DNA from: a virus
Taxonomy: Duplodnaviria; Caudoviricetes
Strand: one strand, 5' to 3'
IMG/VR virus record: IMGVR_UViG_3300006802_000101
Location: 1 to 63,512 of that record
Length of the DNA stretch: 63,512 bases
The position numbers and the translations under genes were made by a program. Below are positions 19,626 to 26,016 of this stretch, piece after piece. The notes below the pieces were generated by a model, which did no database searches, had not been told where the DNA came from, and saw nothing but the letters and a program-made list of their open reading frames with translations. Position 1 is the first letter of the stretch, and every line of letters starts with the position of its first letter.

Positions 19626-19925
19626 TTAGTGGATTATTATTCTTACTCCGTACTTGCTTTCATTTGGAGCGTCCATTGTAAACTCAATCTCAAACCAATG
19701 GTGGTCTTTATTCCACTCACATTTGTAGTCGTTTACATAAGCAAACTTAGAGGCATTGTCAAACTTTTGCACAAGTTCGCTGAATGTGTAAGGTTGTTTT
19801 CTTCCGTTCCATTGCAAACATACGGCTCTGGTATCAACTGATACATTGAAAAAGTCTTCAATAGTCAATTGTAAATCTGCTTTTAAAAATTCTTCGAAAA
19901 GATTTAGGCTCTCTAATTTAGTCAT
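19626..19925 (-). CDS. hypothetical early protein immediately downstream of the hammerhead ribozyme
   Basis: 99-aa ORF with A-rich leader. Confidence 0.65.
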   Translation of the reverse strand: MTKLESLNLFEEFLKADLQLTIEDFFNVSVDTRAVCLQWNGRKQPYTFSELVQKFDNASKFAYVNDYKCEWNKDHHWFEIEFTMDAPNESKYGVRIIIH

Positions 19926-19942
19926 AATAATAATTTAGTTTA

Positions 19943-20026
19943 GTTACAGACACTAAGGTTCCTGTCGTTTATTAGCTGGTACTAATTACCTTAGTGTTTC
20001 GACCTCTTTGGTCTCATCAGTGTAAC
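19943..20026 (-). ncRNA. type I hammerhead ribozyme
   Basis: minus strand: stem I GUUACA / core CUGAUGA / stem II GACC-AAAGA-GGUC / GAAA / stem III CACUAAGGU...ACCUUAGUG / GUC cleavage triplet (C at 19949) / UGUAAC; all core nucleotides canonical; intergenic. Confidence 0.92.
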
Positions 20027-20046
20027 ATATCGGACTTGTCCGAAAA

Positions 20047-20466
20047 CTATGCGATTTGCATAGCTTTCTCTAGTCCCTTACCTATTGCTTGTACTTGCTT
20101 ATCTGATAGGTCAGTCTGCTTCTCTAGTAGCTTTTGTATCTGCTCGATAGTATCAACTACTTTCTCTCTCTTGACATTGTCCACAAAGATATACTCTCCT
20201 GTTTTTCTATCTGATAGTTTTAGCTTGACACTTTTACCCTCATAATCCTCACTTGAAGTGATACGCTTGAGTGTACGTTGTAGGGTGTTTAGTCCCGTTG
20301 ACTTACTACCTTGTTCCATATAGAAGTATTGTGCTACGTCTAGAATGGTGTTGCCTTTGTCTTTGACTAGGCTTTCGCTAGTCAGTTCCGTTACTTTCTT
20401 GTCAGCCTTGCTGATTGAAAGGATTGCAGTTCTAAGGTCTTTTGCAGTTGGTGATAAATGTTTCAT
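20047..20466 (-). CDS. hypothetical early protein
   Basis: 139-aa ORF, first gene after the promoter at 20513-20544. Confidence 0.7.
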   Translation of the reverse strand: MKHLSPTAKDLRTAILSISKADKKVTELTSESLVKDKGNTILDVAQYFYMEQGSKSTGLNTLQRTLKRITSSEDYEGKSVKLKLSDRKTGEYIFVDNVKREKVVDTIEQIQKLLEKQTDLSDKQVQAIGKGLEKAMQIA

Positions 20467-20512
20467 AAGATAATTTAATTTAATTGATTTAGTTACTTGT
20501 TTAATTCTTTTG

Positions 20513-20544
20513 CAAAGCTATGAATAATTTTTGACATATCCAAA
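20513..20544 (-). promoter_or_regulatory. early promoter P2 (Bacteroidota type)
   Basis: TTTG-N20-TAGCTTTG on the minus strand. Confidence 0.75.
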
Positions 20545-20577
20545 TTGTGCCGGACTTTTTTTTCGGACTTGTCCGAT

Positions 20578-20904
20578 TTATGCCCATCTATATCTAGAGG
20601 CTCCCTTGTCTCGACCTCTAGCATCTAGCCTATTGTTTAGCCTAGTGTAATATACTTGAGTCGCTAGTATCTTGATTACCCCGTTCTCTCGGTAACAAGT
20701 GTATAAATCCCCGTTACGTCTGAAGTGATACTTTTGTCCGGTTAAGCCGTTGGTCTTGAGTTTATAACCTTTGTAGTTATCTAGTAAACCCTCTTGCTTC
20801 TCTCTAGACTTTGCCCAAGCTAACTTGAGTGCTACGGACTTGTCCGAAATTTTGGTTGTACGGATTACGTACCACATATACTTGAATATATCGCTCTTAC
20901 TCAT
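20578..20904 (-). CDS. basic hypothetical early protein (first early gene)
   Basis: 108 aa; KYMW...SVALKLAWAK pattern; contains an SDKS palindrome variant. Confidence 0.65.
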   Translation of the reverse strand: MSKSDIFKYMWYVIRTTKISDKSVALKLAWAKSREKQEGLLDNYKGYKLKTNGLTGQKYHFRRNGDLYTCYRENGVIKILATQVYYTRLNNRLDARGRDKGASRYRWA

Positions 20905-20927
20905 TGCTGTTATTTTTGATTACTTTG

Positions 20928-20959
20928 CAAATCTACAACGAATTTTTGACATACACAAG
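20928..20959 (-). promoter_or_regulatory. early promoter P1 (Bacteroidota type)
   Basis: CTTG-N20-TAGATTTG on the minus strand; shares the spacer sequence TATGTCAAAAATT with P2. Confidence 0.7.
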
Positions 20960-21150
20960 TCGCTGAGTATCAGTGAGTTACGTGTTTTACCAAGTTGTAA
21001 CTCATTGAATATCAGTCAGTTACAAGATTGACAAATCGTTATTTAGAATGAATATAAATAAGCAACTCACTGAGTATCAGGCAGTTACAATGTTATTTTT
21101 ATTTAGACTAATTCTAAATAGATGTAAGTCGCTGATTATCAGTTAGTTAG
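20955..21150. repeat. four 27-bp imperfect palindromes GTAACTNNCTGA-N3-TCAGNNAGTTAC (IHF-site-like)
   Basis: copies at 20955-20981, 20997-21023, 21062-21088 and 21124-21150; each contains TATCAG-N4-TTA. Confidence 0.85.
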
Positions 21151-21518
21151 GTATAATTGGGTTTATGGTGGTTCTTTTATTAAGTAATAAACCACGGACA
21201 CGAATAACAAAATAAATGACAATTCCAAATTTTTTAGTAACTTTTTTTTCAATTGTTGATAAATAAATAATAACTTTTACTAGGATTATTCAAAAAGACT
21301 TTTTCCTTATCTAGTAAATTGCTTCTATTTGACGTTCTCAAAGTTTTAATATATGGGTATCAGAGAGGGTACAAAGTAGCTTAAAACGGCTTATTTTTAT
21401 ACCTGTAAAATTATTGATATGTGCAAGTATTTAGGTAAAAAAATGATGGTCAATCGGCAAATTTAGATTGATTCTAAATAGTGAGGGGTATTGTCCCTTG
21501 TCTAGACTCATTCTAAAT
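21041..21518. promoter_or_regulatory. four 19-bp inverted repeats ATTTAGA-N5-TCTAAAT (Fur-box-like)
   Basis: 21041-21059, 21101-21119, 21461-21479 and 21500-21518. Confidence 0.65.
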
Positions 21519-21659
21519 TACAAAAATAACCGGCAAAAGGTTTGGAAGGGTACGGGAACGAGGGTACACGGGTACACAATTTGACTTTCTGTTGTGCGTA
21601 GTGGGATGTGCGGGGGTGTATAATACCCTAGCTACCCAAAACTAACCCCTTCATGCTAC

Positions 21660-21690
21660 AGCATTGCTCAAGCATTGCATCAGCATTGCT
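21660..21690. repeat. AGCATTGCT iteron-like repeats (reverse complement of the 13458 unit)
   Basis: units at 21660, 21671 (AGCATTGCA) and 21682; 11-bp phase. Confidence 0.6.
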
Positions 21691-21852
21691 ATACGTCTAA
21701 TATACTCTACTATACTTTTATATTTGATGTGCGTGCTTAAAAACAAATGATGTGCGGAACGTACCCACCCGTTTGGTATACGAACCCTCCAGGCAAAAGA
21801 AAAGCCCTTAGAACGCATCCTAGGGCCTTATAACAGGGTTTCTTTGTAAGCT

Positions 21853-22095
21853 TTACTTCTTTGTTCGTACTTTTGCTTTCTTTGTGTTTGCTACGAATTG
21901 TTTCTTTCCTCCAGAAGCTTTCTTCTTTCTTGCAGTCTTAGCTCTCTCTGCTTTTGATAGACTTCTTGCTTTTGCTAGTGGTAAACACCTGTCTGGGTTT
22001 TTTTTGTTCTTGCTTGTTCCGCACTCTCCTTTGATAGAACCAACAGTTCCTATACGAACCCATCTTTGTTTTCTCCATTTAGCTAACTCTCCCAT
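21853..22095 (-). CDS. small basic protein
   Basis: MGELAKWRKQRWVRIG...CG...RCLPLAKA; K/R-rich. Confidence 0.75.
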   Translation of the reverse strand: MGELAKWRKQRWVRIGTVGSIKGECGTSKNKKNPDRCLPLAKARSLSKAERAKTARKKKASGGKKQFVANTKKAKVRTKK

Positions 22096-22229
22096 TACTT
22101 TTTCTTTTTCTTTTTTACTTTTTTAGATTTCAATGCAATAAAATCTGCCTGAGTAATCTTATCATAAGGGGGAGCCGCAGCTGCGATTCTCTTTTGGTTT
22201 CCTTTTAGGTTGTGTCGTTTTTTGTGCAT
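22095..22229 (-). CDS. small basic protein (44 aa, not in ORF track)
   Basis: MHKKRHNLKGNQKRIAAAAPPYDKITQADFIALKSKKVKKKKKK; TAATG-coupled to the next gene. Confidence 0.65.
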   Translation of the reverse strand: MHKKRHNLKGNQKRIAAAAPPYDKITQADFIALKSKKVKKKKKK

Positions 22230-22231
22230 GA

Positions 22232-22384
22232 TTATTTTCTTTTTGCTTTCTTAGCGTAGTTAGGGTCTTTACAATACTTTGATGCAGCCATGTTTGCGTA
22301 TGCACTTGGATACTTATCAAATGTTCTCTTAGCCCAAGCTATACCAGCTGGACATATCTTGTTTGATTTCTTTTTCTTTGCCAT
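22232..22384 (-). CDS. small basic protein with YPSAYAN motif (50 aa, not in ORF track)
   Basis: MAKKKKSNKICPAGIAWAKRTFDKYPSAYANMAASKYCKDPNYAKKAKRK. Confidence 0.7.
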   Translation of the reverse strand: MAKKKKSNKICPAGIAWAKRTFDKYPSAYANMAASKYCKDPNYAKKAKRK

Positions 22385-22385
22385 A

Positions 22386-22484
22386 TTACTGAGTATGTAA
22401 TCCGTATATCAAAAACAACAATAACACTATGAAATATATTACAGCTGGATGAATGTATTTAGATTCTTTATTTTTATTTAGCAT
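22386..22484 (-). CDS. small membrane peptide (32 aa, not in ORF track)
   Basis: MLNKNKESKYIHPAVIYFIVLLLFLIYGLHTQ; exactly fills the gap between coupled genes. Confidence 0.5.
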   Translation of the reverse strand: MLNKNKESKYIHPAVIYFIVLLLFLIYGLHTQ

Positions 22485-22783
22485 TAGTATTTACCTCTTC
22501 GGGATTTAGGAGAAGACTTTTTTGAACCACCCTTTCCAGCCCATAGATTTTTGCAAGCCCAATATCTTGCGGATAGTTTGTTCTTAGCAGAACCACATCT
22601 ATGTCTAGCCTTGAATGATTTACGTGCGGCAGCAGAGTAGTTGTGACCATAGCCTGTAGCTCCAAAGTGGATAATCTTTTCTTTACCTCCAGAACAAGCT
22701 TTTACCACTTTCTTCTTTTTGGGGTTTGGAGACTTTCTAGGCCTATTACAAGCCATTTTACTTTTGTCCAATCTACTTGCCAC
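22484..22783 (-). CDS. small basic protein
   Basis: KKKVVKAC...KIIHFG...ARKSFKARHRC...LSARYWACKNLW. Confidence 0.75.
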   Translation of the reverse strand: MASRLDKSKMACNRPRKSPNPKKKKVVKACSGGKEKIIHFGATGYGHNYSAAARKSFKARHRCGSAKNKLSARYWACKNLWAGKGGSKKSSPKSRRGKY

Positions 22784-22910
22784 AGCCGCAATCTTCTTTT
22801 ACAGGTCTAGGTTTTCTAAGCTTACTTAAACGTTTATTGTCCTGAGCTTGCTTCTTAGCAGCCCAGGATGATTGATTAGACCCTCTTGTTAATAATTGTT
22901 TGAATCTCAT
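22773..22910 (-). CDS. small basic protein ending CGCGK (45 aa, not in ORF track)
   Basis: MRFKQLLTRGSNQSSWAAKKQAQDNKRLSKLRKPRPVKEDCGCGK. Confidence 0.55.
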   Translation of the reverse strand: MRFKQLLTRGSNQSSWAAKKQAQDNKRLSKLRKPRPVKEDCGCGK

Positions 22911-22911
22911 A

Positions 22912-22980
22912 TTACTTCTTTTTCTTCTTCATTGCTTTTCTGCCACCTTTCTTTGTAGCTTTTGTCTTTTTTCCGTACAT
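22912..22980 (-). CDS. Lys-rich micropeptide (22 aa, not in ORF track)
   Basis: MYGKKTKATKKGGRKAMKKKKK; 1-nt spacing to both neighbours. Confidence 0.55.
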   Translation of the reverse strand: MYGKKTKATKKGGRKAMKKKKK

Positions 22981-22981
22981 G

Positions 22982-23230
22982 TTATCGTTTTTTACGTTTA
23001 GAACCTTTTTTCCTGGATTTCTCTATTCGACCTCTATTCTTAGAAGCTTTCTCAAATCCAACTATACGACCACGTCTATGAGAAGCATCCAATCCATCAC
23101 CATTACCGTAAGTTCCTTTAGCCCTGTTATACTTGTTCAATGCGGCTCTTTTCTTTTTGGCTCTGGTGGAAGACTGAAACTTTTTGTATTCTTTCTTATA
23201 ATCTCTTTTCTTCTTTTTAGTGTGTGCCAT
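22982..23230 (-). CDS. small basic HNH-like protein (start moved to MAHTKK)
   Basis: RDYKKEY...GDGLDASH...SKNRGR; -7 promoter element lies just upstream of the ATG at 23230. Confidence 0.65.
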   Translation of the reverse strand: MAHTKKKKRDYKKEYKKFQSSTRAKKKRAALNKYNRAKGTYGNGDGLDASHRRGRIVGFEKASKNRGRIEKSRKKGSKRKKR

Positions 23231-23235
23231 ACTAA

Positions 23236-23298
23236 CAAATATACAAAAAATATAGTTATTAACAAAATAGTAATTTAATAAATATTTACTTATATTTG
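23236..23298. promoter_or_regulatory. divergent promoter pair at the strand switch
   Basis: minus strand TTTG-N19-TATATTTG (23236-23266) with TTATTAACA box at 23256-23264; plus strand TATATTTG at 23291-23298. Confidence 0.75.
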
Positions 23299-23303
23299 CT
23301 AAC

Positions 23304-23621
23304 ATGGATGATGAATTAGAAGATAAATTAAATGCAGCTTTACACGAACTAAGTGTATTGAAAAAGAAATACAAACAATTTCATTTTTGTTTATCAGTTT
23401 GTATGGTTGATGATGAAGACGAAAATTTTGACAACGTTGTTGGAGAAGTAGCGATAAGCAACATGAACTATCAAACGTTTGAAACAATCGTAACTCAAAT
23501 AGCTGAGGCGTTTCAAAATAACAAGTCCGGGTTTTTAAAACCAGATATTAATAATTTAACATATGAGGAGTTAATCACCATATGGGGTAATCACTACAAT
23601 GATGGAGAGCAGTTTAATTAG
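23304..23621 (+). CDS. hypothetical protein
   Basis: 105-aa ORF following the promoter. Confidence 0.65.
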   Translation: MDDELEDKLNAALHELSVLKKKYKQFHFCLSVCMVDDEDENFDNVVGEVAISNMNYQTFETIVTQIAEAFQNNKSGFLKPDINNLTYEELITIWGNHYNDGEQFN

Positions 23622-23862
23622 AAAGATAATAGTCTCTGCTGGAGACAGAGATATAAGTTATGTCGTAGGTAAAGATATGGCTGGAGGAAGTATAACGGTT
23701 GCAGATATAGTATTTGACCAAGAATATGCTAGAGAGTTTAACGAGCCTAGATACAATATATACGTAATAGATAATAATCAAAACGTAACAAGAATGTGGA
23801 AATCTGTTCCGGCTAGCAAGTGCGTGCCAGAATATGATTTAAAAATACAAACCGAAATATAA
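23599..23862 (+). CDS. conserved hypothetical phage protein
   Basis: LIRKI...YVVG...YNIYV...WKS...EYDL pattern, upstream of the GroES-like gene. Confidence 0.7.
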   Translation: MMESSLIRKIIVSAGDRDISYVVGKDMAGGSITVADIVFDQEYAREFNEPRYNIYVIDNNQNVTRMWKSVPASKCVPEYDLKIQTEI

Positions 23863-23863
23863 T

Positions 23864-24055
23864 ATGGCAAAGTTTTATTGTAACAAATGTAAAACGGAAA
23901 AAGAAGTTTTGAGCTACACAATGAAGCTTACTCCAGAAGGAATGATTTCTCCAGAAGCAGTTTGTTGTTCTACATATATGGAAAGAACATACAAAGGAGA
24001 AGGCTTTGGAACTATCAAGAAGGGTGCTAACGGAACAGTAAAAGGAAGAAAATGA
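23864..24055 (+). CDS. small zinc-ribbon protein
   Basis: FYCNKC...CC motif. Confidence 0.6.
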   Translation: MAKFYCNKCKTEKEVLSYTMKLTPEGMISPEAVCCSTYMERTYKGEGFGTIKKGANGTVKGRK

Positions 24056-24657
24056 GACGAAAAGGCCCTTTAGGACAGTACATGATTGTTGAGCTTGAGA
24101 AAGAAACAGAAGACCAGGTTGTTCTTGGTAACGGAACTGAGTTATGGATGGACACAGAGCTTGAAAGAGCTTGGCATGCTAGACAGTATGGTGTTGTAAT
24201 CCATCCTACACTAAACCCTAAACACGGATACCAGAAGTGTGACGTAGAACTAAACGAGGGTGAGAAAGTATATTTTCATCACTTCGTGATGGATGACAGA
24301 TTCCAACAGAAGATAGCTGACGTGGAAAACGACAAAACATACAAGGCTCATGTAGACCAGGTATATTGTGTTATTAGAAATGGTGAGCCGGTAATGTTAC
24401 AAGACTTTATATTTGTGGAGCCTGTATTTGAGCCAGAAGAAAATTACATGACAAAGTCTGGTATAATGCTAAAAGCAGAACCAGAAAAATTAGAAAGAGA
24501 AGGTATTGTAAAACATATCAATAAATTCTCAAATGATTGTGGCGTTGAAGTAGGAGACCATATATACTTTGACACAGGATGTAACTACGAAATGGAAGTA
24601 GAAGGAAAAACCTACTACAGAATGCGTAACGAAAATGTATTATTTAAGTATGAGTGA
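24052..24657 (+). CDS. GroES-like co-chaperonin (tandem GroES-like domains)
   Basis: DFIFVEPV...TKSGIML...GIVKH...GVEVGDHIYF...EVEGKTYYRM; the N-terminal half shows a similar pattern. Confidence 0.75.
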   Translation: MRRKGPLGQYMIVELEKETEDQVVLGNGTELWMDTELERAWHARQYGVVIHPTLNPKHGYQKCDVELNEGEKVYFHHFVMDDRFQQKIADVENDKTYKAHVDQVYCVIRNGEPVMLQDFIFVEPVFEPEENYMTKSGIMLKAEPEKLEREGIVKHINKFSNDCGVEVGDHIYFDTGCNYEMEVEGKTYYRMRNENVLFKYE

Positions 24658-24949
24658 TATTAAGAGTTACACAGAGGAAGTACTAGCAGAGCTAGTAGAG
24701 GCCGCAAAAGAAGGTATAGCAACATTGATAGCAGATGTCAAAAGACCTATTGCAGATGATGTTGCAGATGAAAGAAGAAAGTCAGCTCTTGAATCTAAGA
24801 AGAAAGCATTCATGGACGCTCAAGAGATGATAACCGCCTTGGTAAAACTAGATAAACAAATAAACTCAGACGAGGATGTAAATGACGAGGTTTCTAATGA
24901 AGGAAACTTTAGAGGTGGGTTCTCGGAAAAGTTTGCAAAAAAGAAATAA
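24650..24949 (+). CDS. putative terminase small subunit (start MSDIKSY)
   Basis: helical ~100-aa protein upstream of TerL; the call is mainly positional. Confidence 0.45.
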   Translation: MSDIKSYTEEVLAELVEAAKEGIATLIADVKRPIADDVADERRKSALESKKKAFMDAQEMITALVKLDKQINSDEDVNDEVSNEGNFRGGFSEKFAKKK

Positions 24950-24951
24950 CT

Positions 24952-25197
24952 ATGAATGAGATAAAAGCAATAGAAAGAGAACAGCAGATAATAGACGCAT
25001 GCATGTTTAATACCTATGCATTTGTAACAGGGTTATTAAGCTTTGAAGATATTCTAGATGAAGAAGAACCTTGGCTTTTGTATGTTCCTTCAAACAATGA
25101 CGAATACCAAAGAACAGAAGCTATAAACAATCTGATAGCTTATTACACAGAGAGAGAAGAATACGAGAAGTGTCAAGACTTAGTTGATATAAAATAA
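24952..25197 (+). CDS. hypothetical protein with UVR-like C-terminal motif
   Basis: YYTEREEYEKCQDL. Confidence 0.6.
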   Translation: MNEIKAIEREQQIIDACMFNTYAFVTGLLSFEDILDEEEPWLLYVPSNNDEYQRTEAINNLIAYYTEREEYEKCQDLVDIK

Positions 25198-25222
25198 AAA
25201 AAGGGGCTTACGCCCCTTCTTT
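25195..25222. terminator. bidirectional terminator between convergent genes
   Basis: AAGGGGC-TTAC-GCCCCTT flanked by A and T tracts. Confidence 0.7.
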
Positions 25223-25239
25223 AATTTATATATTCAATA

Positions 25240-25620
25240 CTATGAATAGAACACTCCATACTCAACGATAGTATTATCGTCAGTATTTGCTGTGTAAACC
25301 GTAATATCTCTAGCCCCCTTCCAAGGAAACCATGCCCACTCTCCACCTTTAAGCTGGACAGAGCTGTCGCTGAATGGGTCTAAACTTATGTGAACATAAT
25401 CTGTTGCTGTTGTGTCAACATTCTTTATGTACACGTATGTTGGATAACTATAGGAAGTAGCAGCTAAAAGTACTTGAGCTTCACTAGAAGTGTTTGCAGT
25501 AACTTTAGTCCTGATAACCCCACCATTATTAATAGTAAGGCTGTTTTCTACAGAAAAATCTATAGAGTCACTTGATATATCAGTACTTGTTAGACTTATT
25601 TTAGCTTTTAATGTTCCCAT
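25240..25620 (-). CDS. putative virion structural/decoration protein, paralog of 25626-25991
   Basis: shared M(A/G)TL...YVY(I/V)(K/R)N.D...L..GE(W/F)A..P...EY pattern. Confidence 0.6.
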   Translation of the reverse strand: MGTLKAKISLTSTDISSDSIDFSVENSLTINNGGVIRTKVTANTSSEAQVLLAATSYSYPTYVYIKNVDTTATDYVHISLDPFSDSSVQLKGGEWAWFPWKGARDITVYTANTDDNTIVEYGVFYS

Positions 25621-25625
25621 AATTA

Positions 25626-25991
25626 TTAAGATTTACTCCAGTAAGCGTATTCTAAAACACATGCTGCTGTATCAGCGGTAGCTTCTAAACCTACACCACC
25701 TTTAAGAGGTAGGAATGCAAACTCACCAGGACTTAAGTCCATTACAGCAGTTCCGTCATCAGCTTTTAGAACGATAATATTAGTTGAATCAGTATTTCTA
25801 ACATATACGTAAGAAATCCCAGTATTACCAGCAGTTGTTAGGATATTCTCCTGACCAGTGGTTGCAACTGAAACTCTTGATACACCTATACTAGGAGCAC
25901 CTACTGTTAAAGAATCTGATAACGATAAACTAAGAACATCAGCTGAAGCATCTGAACTTGATAATGTTAATCCGACTGTTAATGTTGCCAT
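25626..25991 (-). CDS. putative virion structural/decoration protein
   Basis: beta-rich Ala/Ser/Thr composition; paralog of the downstream gene. Confidence 0.6.
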   Translation of the reverse strand: MATLTVGLTLSSSDASADVLSLSLSDSLTVGAPSIGVSRVSVATTGQENILTTAGNTGISYVYVRNTDSTNIIVLKADDGTAVMDLSPGEFAFLPLKGGVGLEATADTAACVLEYAYWSKS

Positions 25992-26016
25992 TTTATTTTA
26001 TTTTAAAGATTATTAA

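Larger units (their letters stand above)
14189..20847. repeat. dispersed 14-bp palindrome TCGGACTTGTCCGA, 9 copies
   Basis: exact copies at 14189, 16172, 16420, 18818, 19491, 20030 and 20563; one-mismatch copies at 17755 (TCGGACATGTCCGA) and 20834 (ACGGACTTGTCCGA). Confidence 0.95.

Noticed and set aside
14189-20847. 14-bp palindrome as a CRISPR repeat or as a Bacteroidota LexA box
   Set aside because: Spacing is irregular (250-2000 bp) and mostly intragenic, and there are no cas genes. The core is GGA-N4-TCC, whereas the Bacteroidota SOS box I recall is GGA-N5-TCC.
20955-21150. 27-bp repeats as a mini-CRISPR array
   Set aside because: The repeats are degenerate, the first gap is only 15 nt, and two of the intervening sequences are themselves related palindromes rather than unique spacers.
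21150-21850. tRNA genes or attP/integration module
   Set aside because: No cloverleaf with a T-loop consensus and no integrase recognised in the window.
23231-23374. N-terminal extension of ORF 22982..23374
   Set aside because: It overlaps the divergent promoters and the plus-strand gene at 23304; the ATG at 23230 is the better start.
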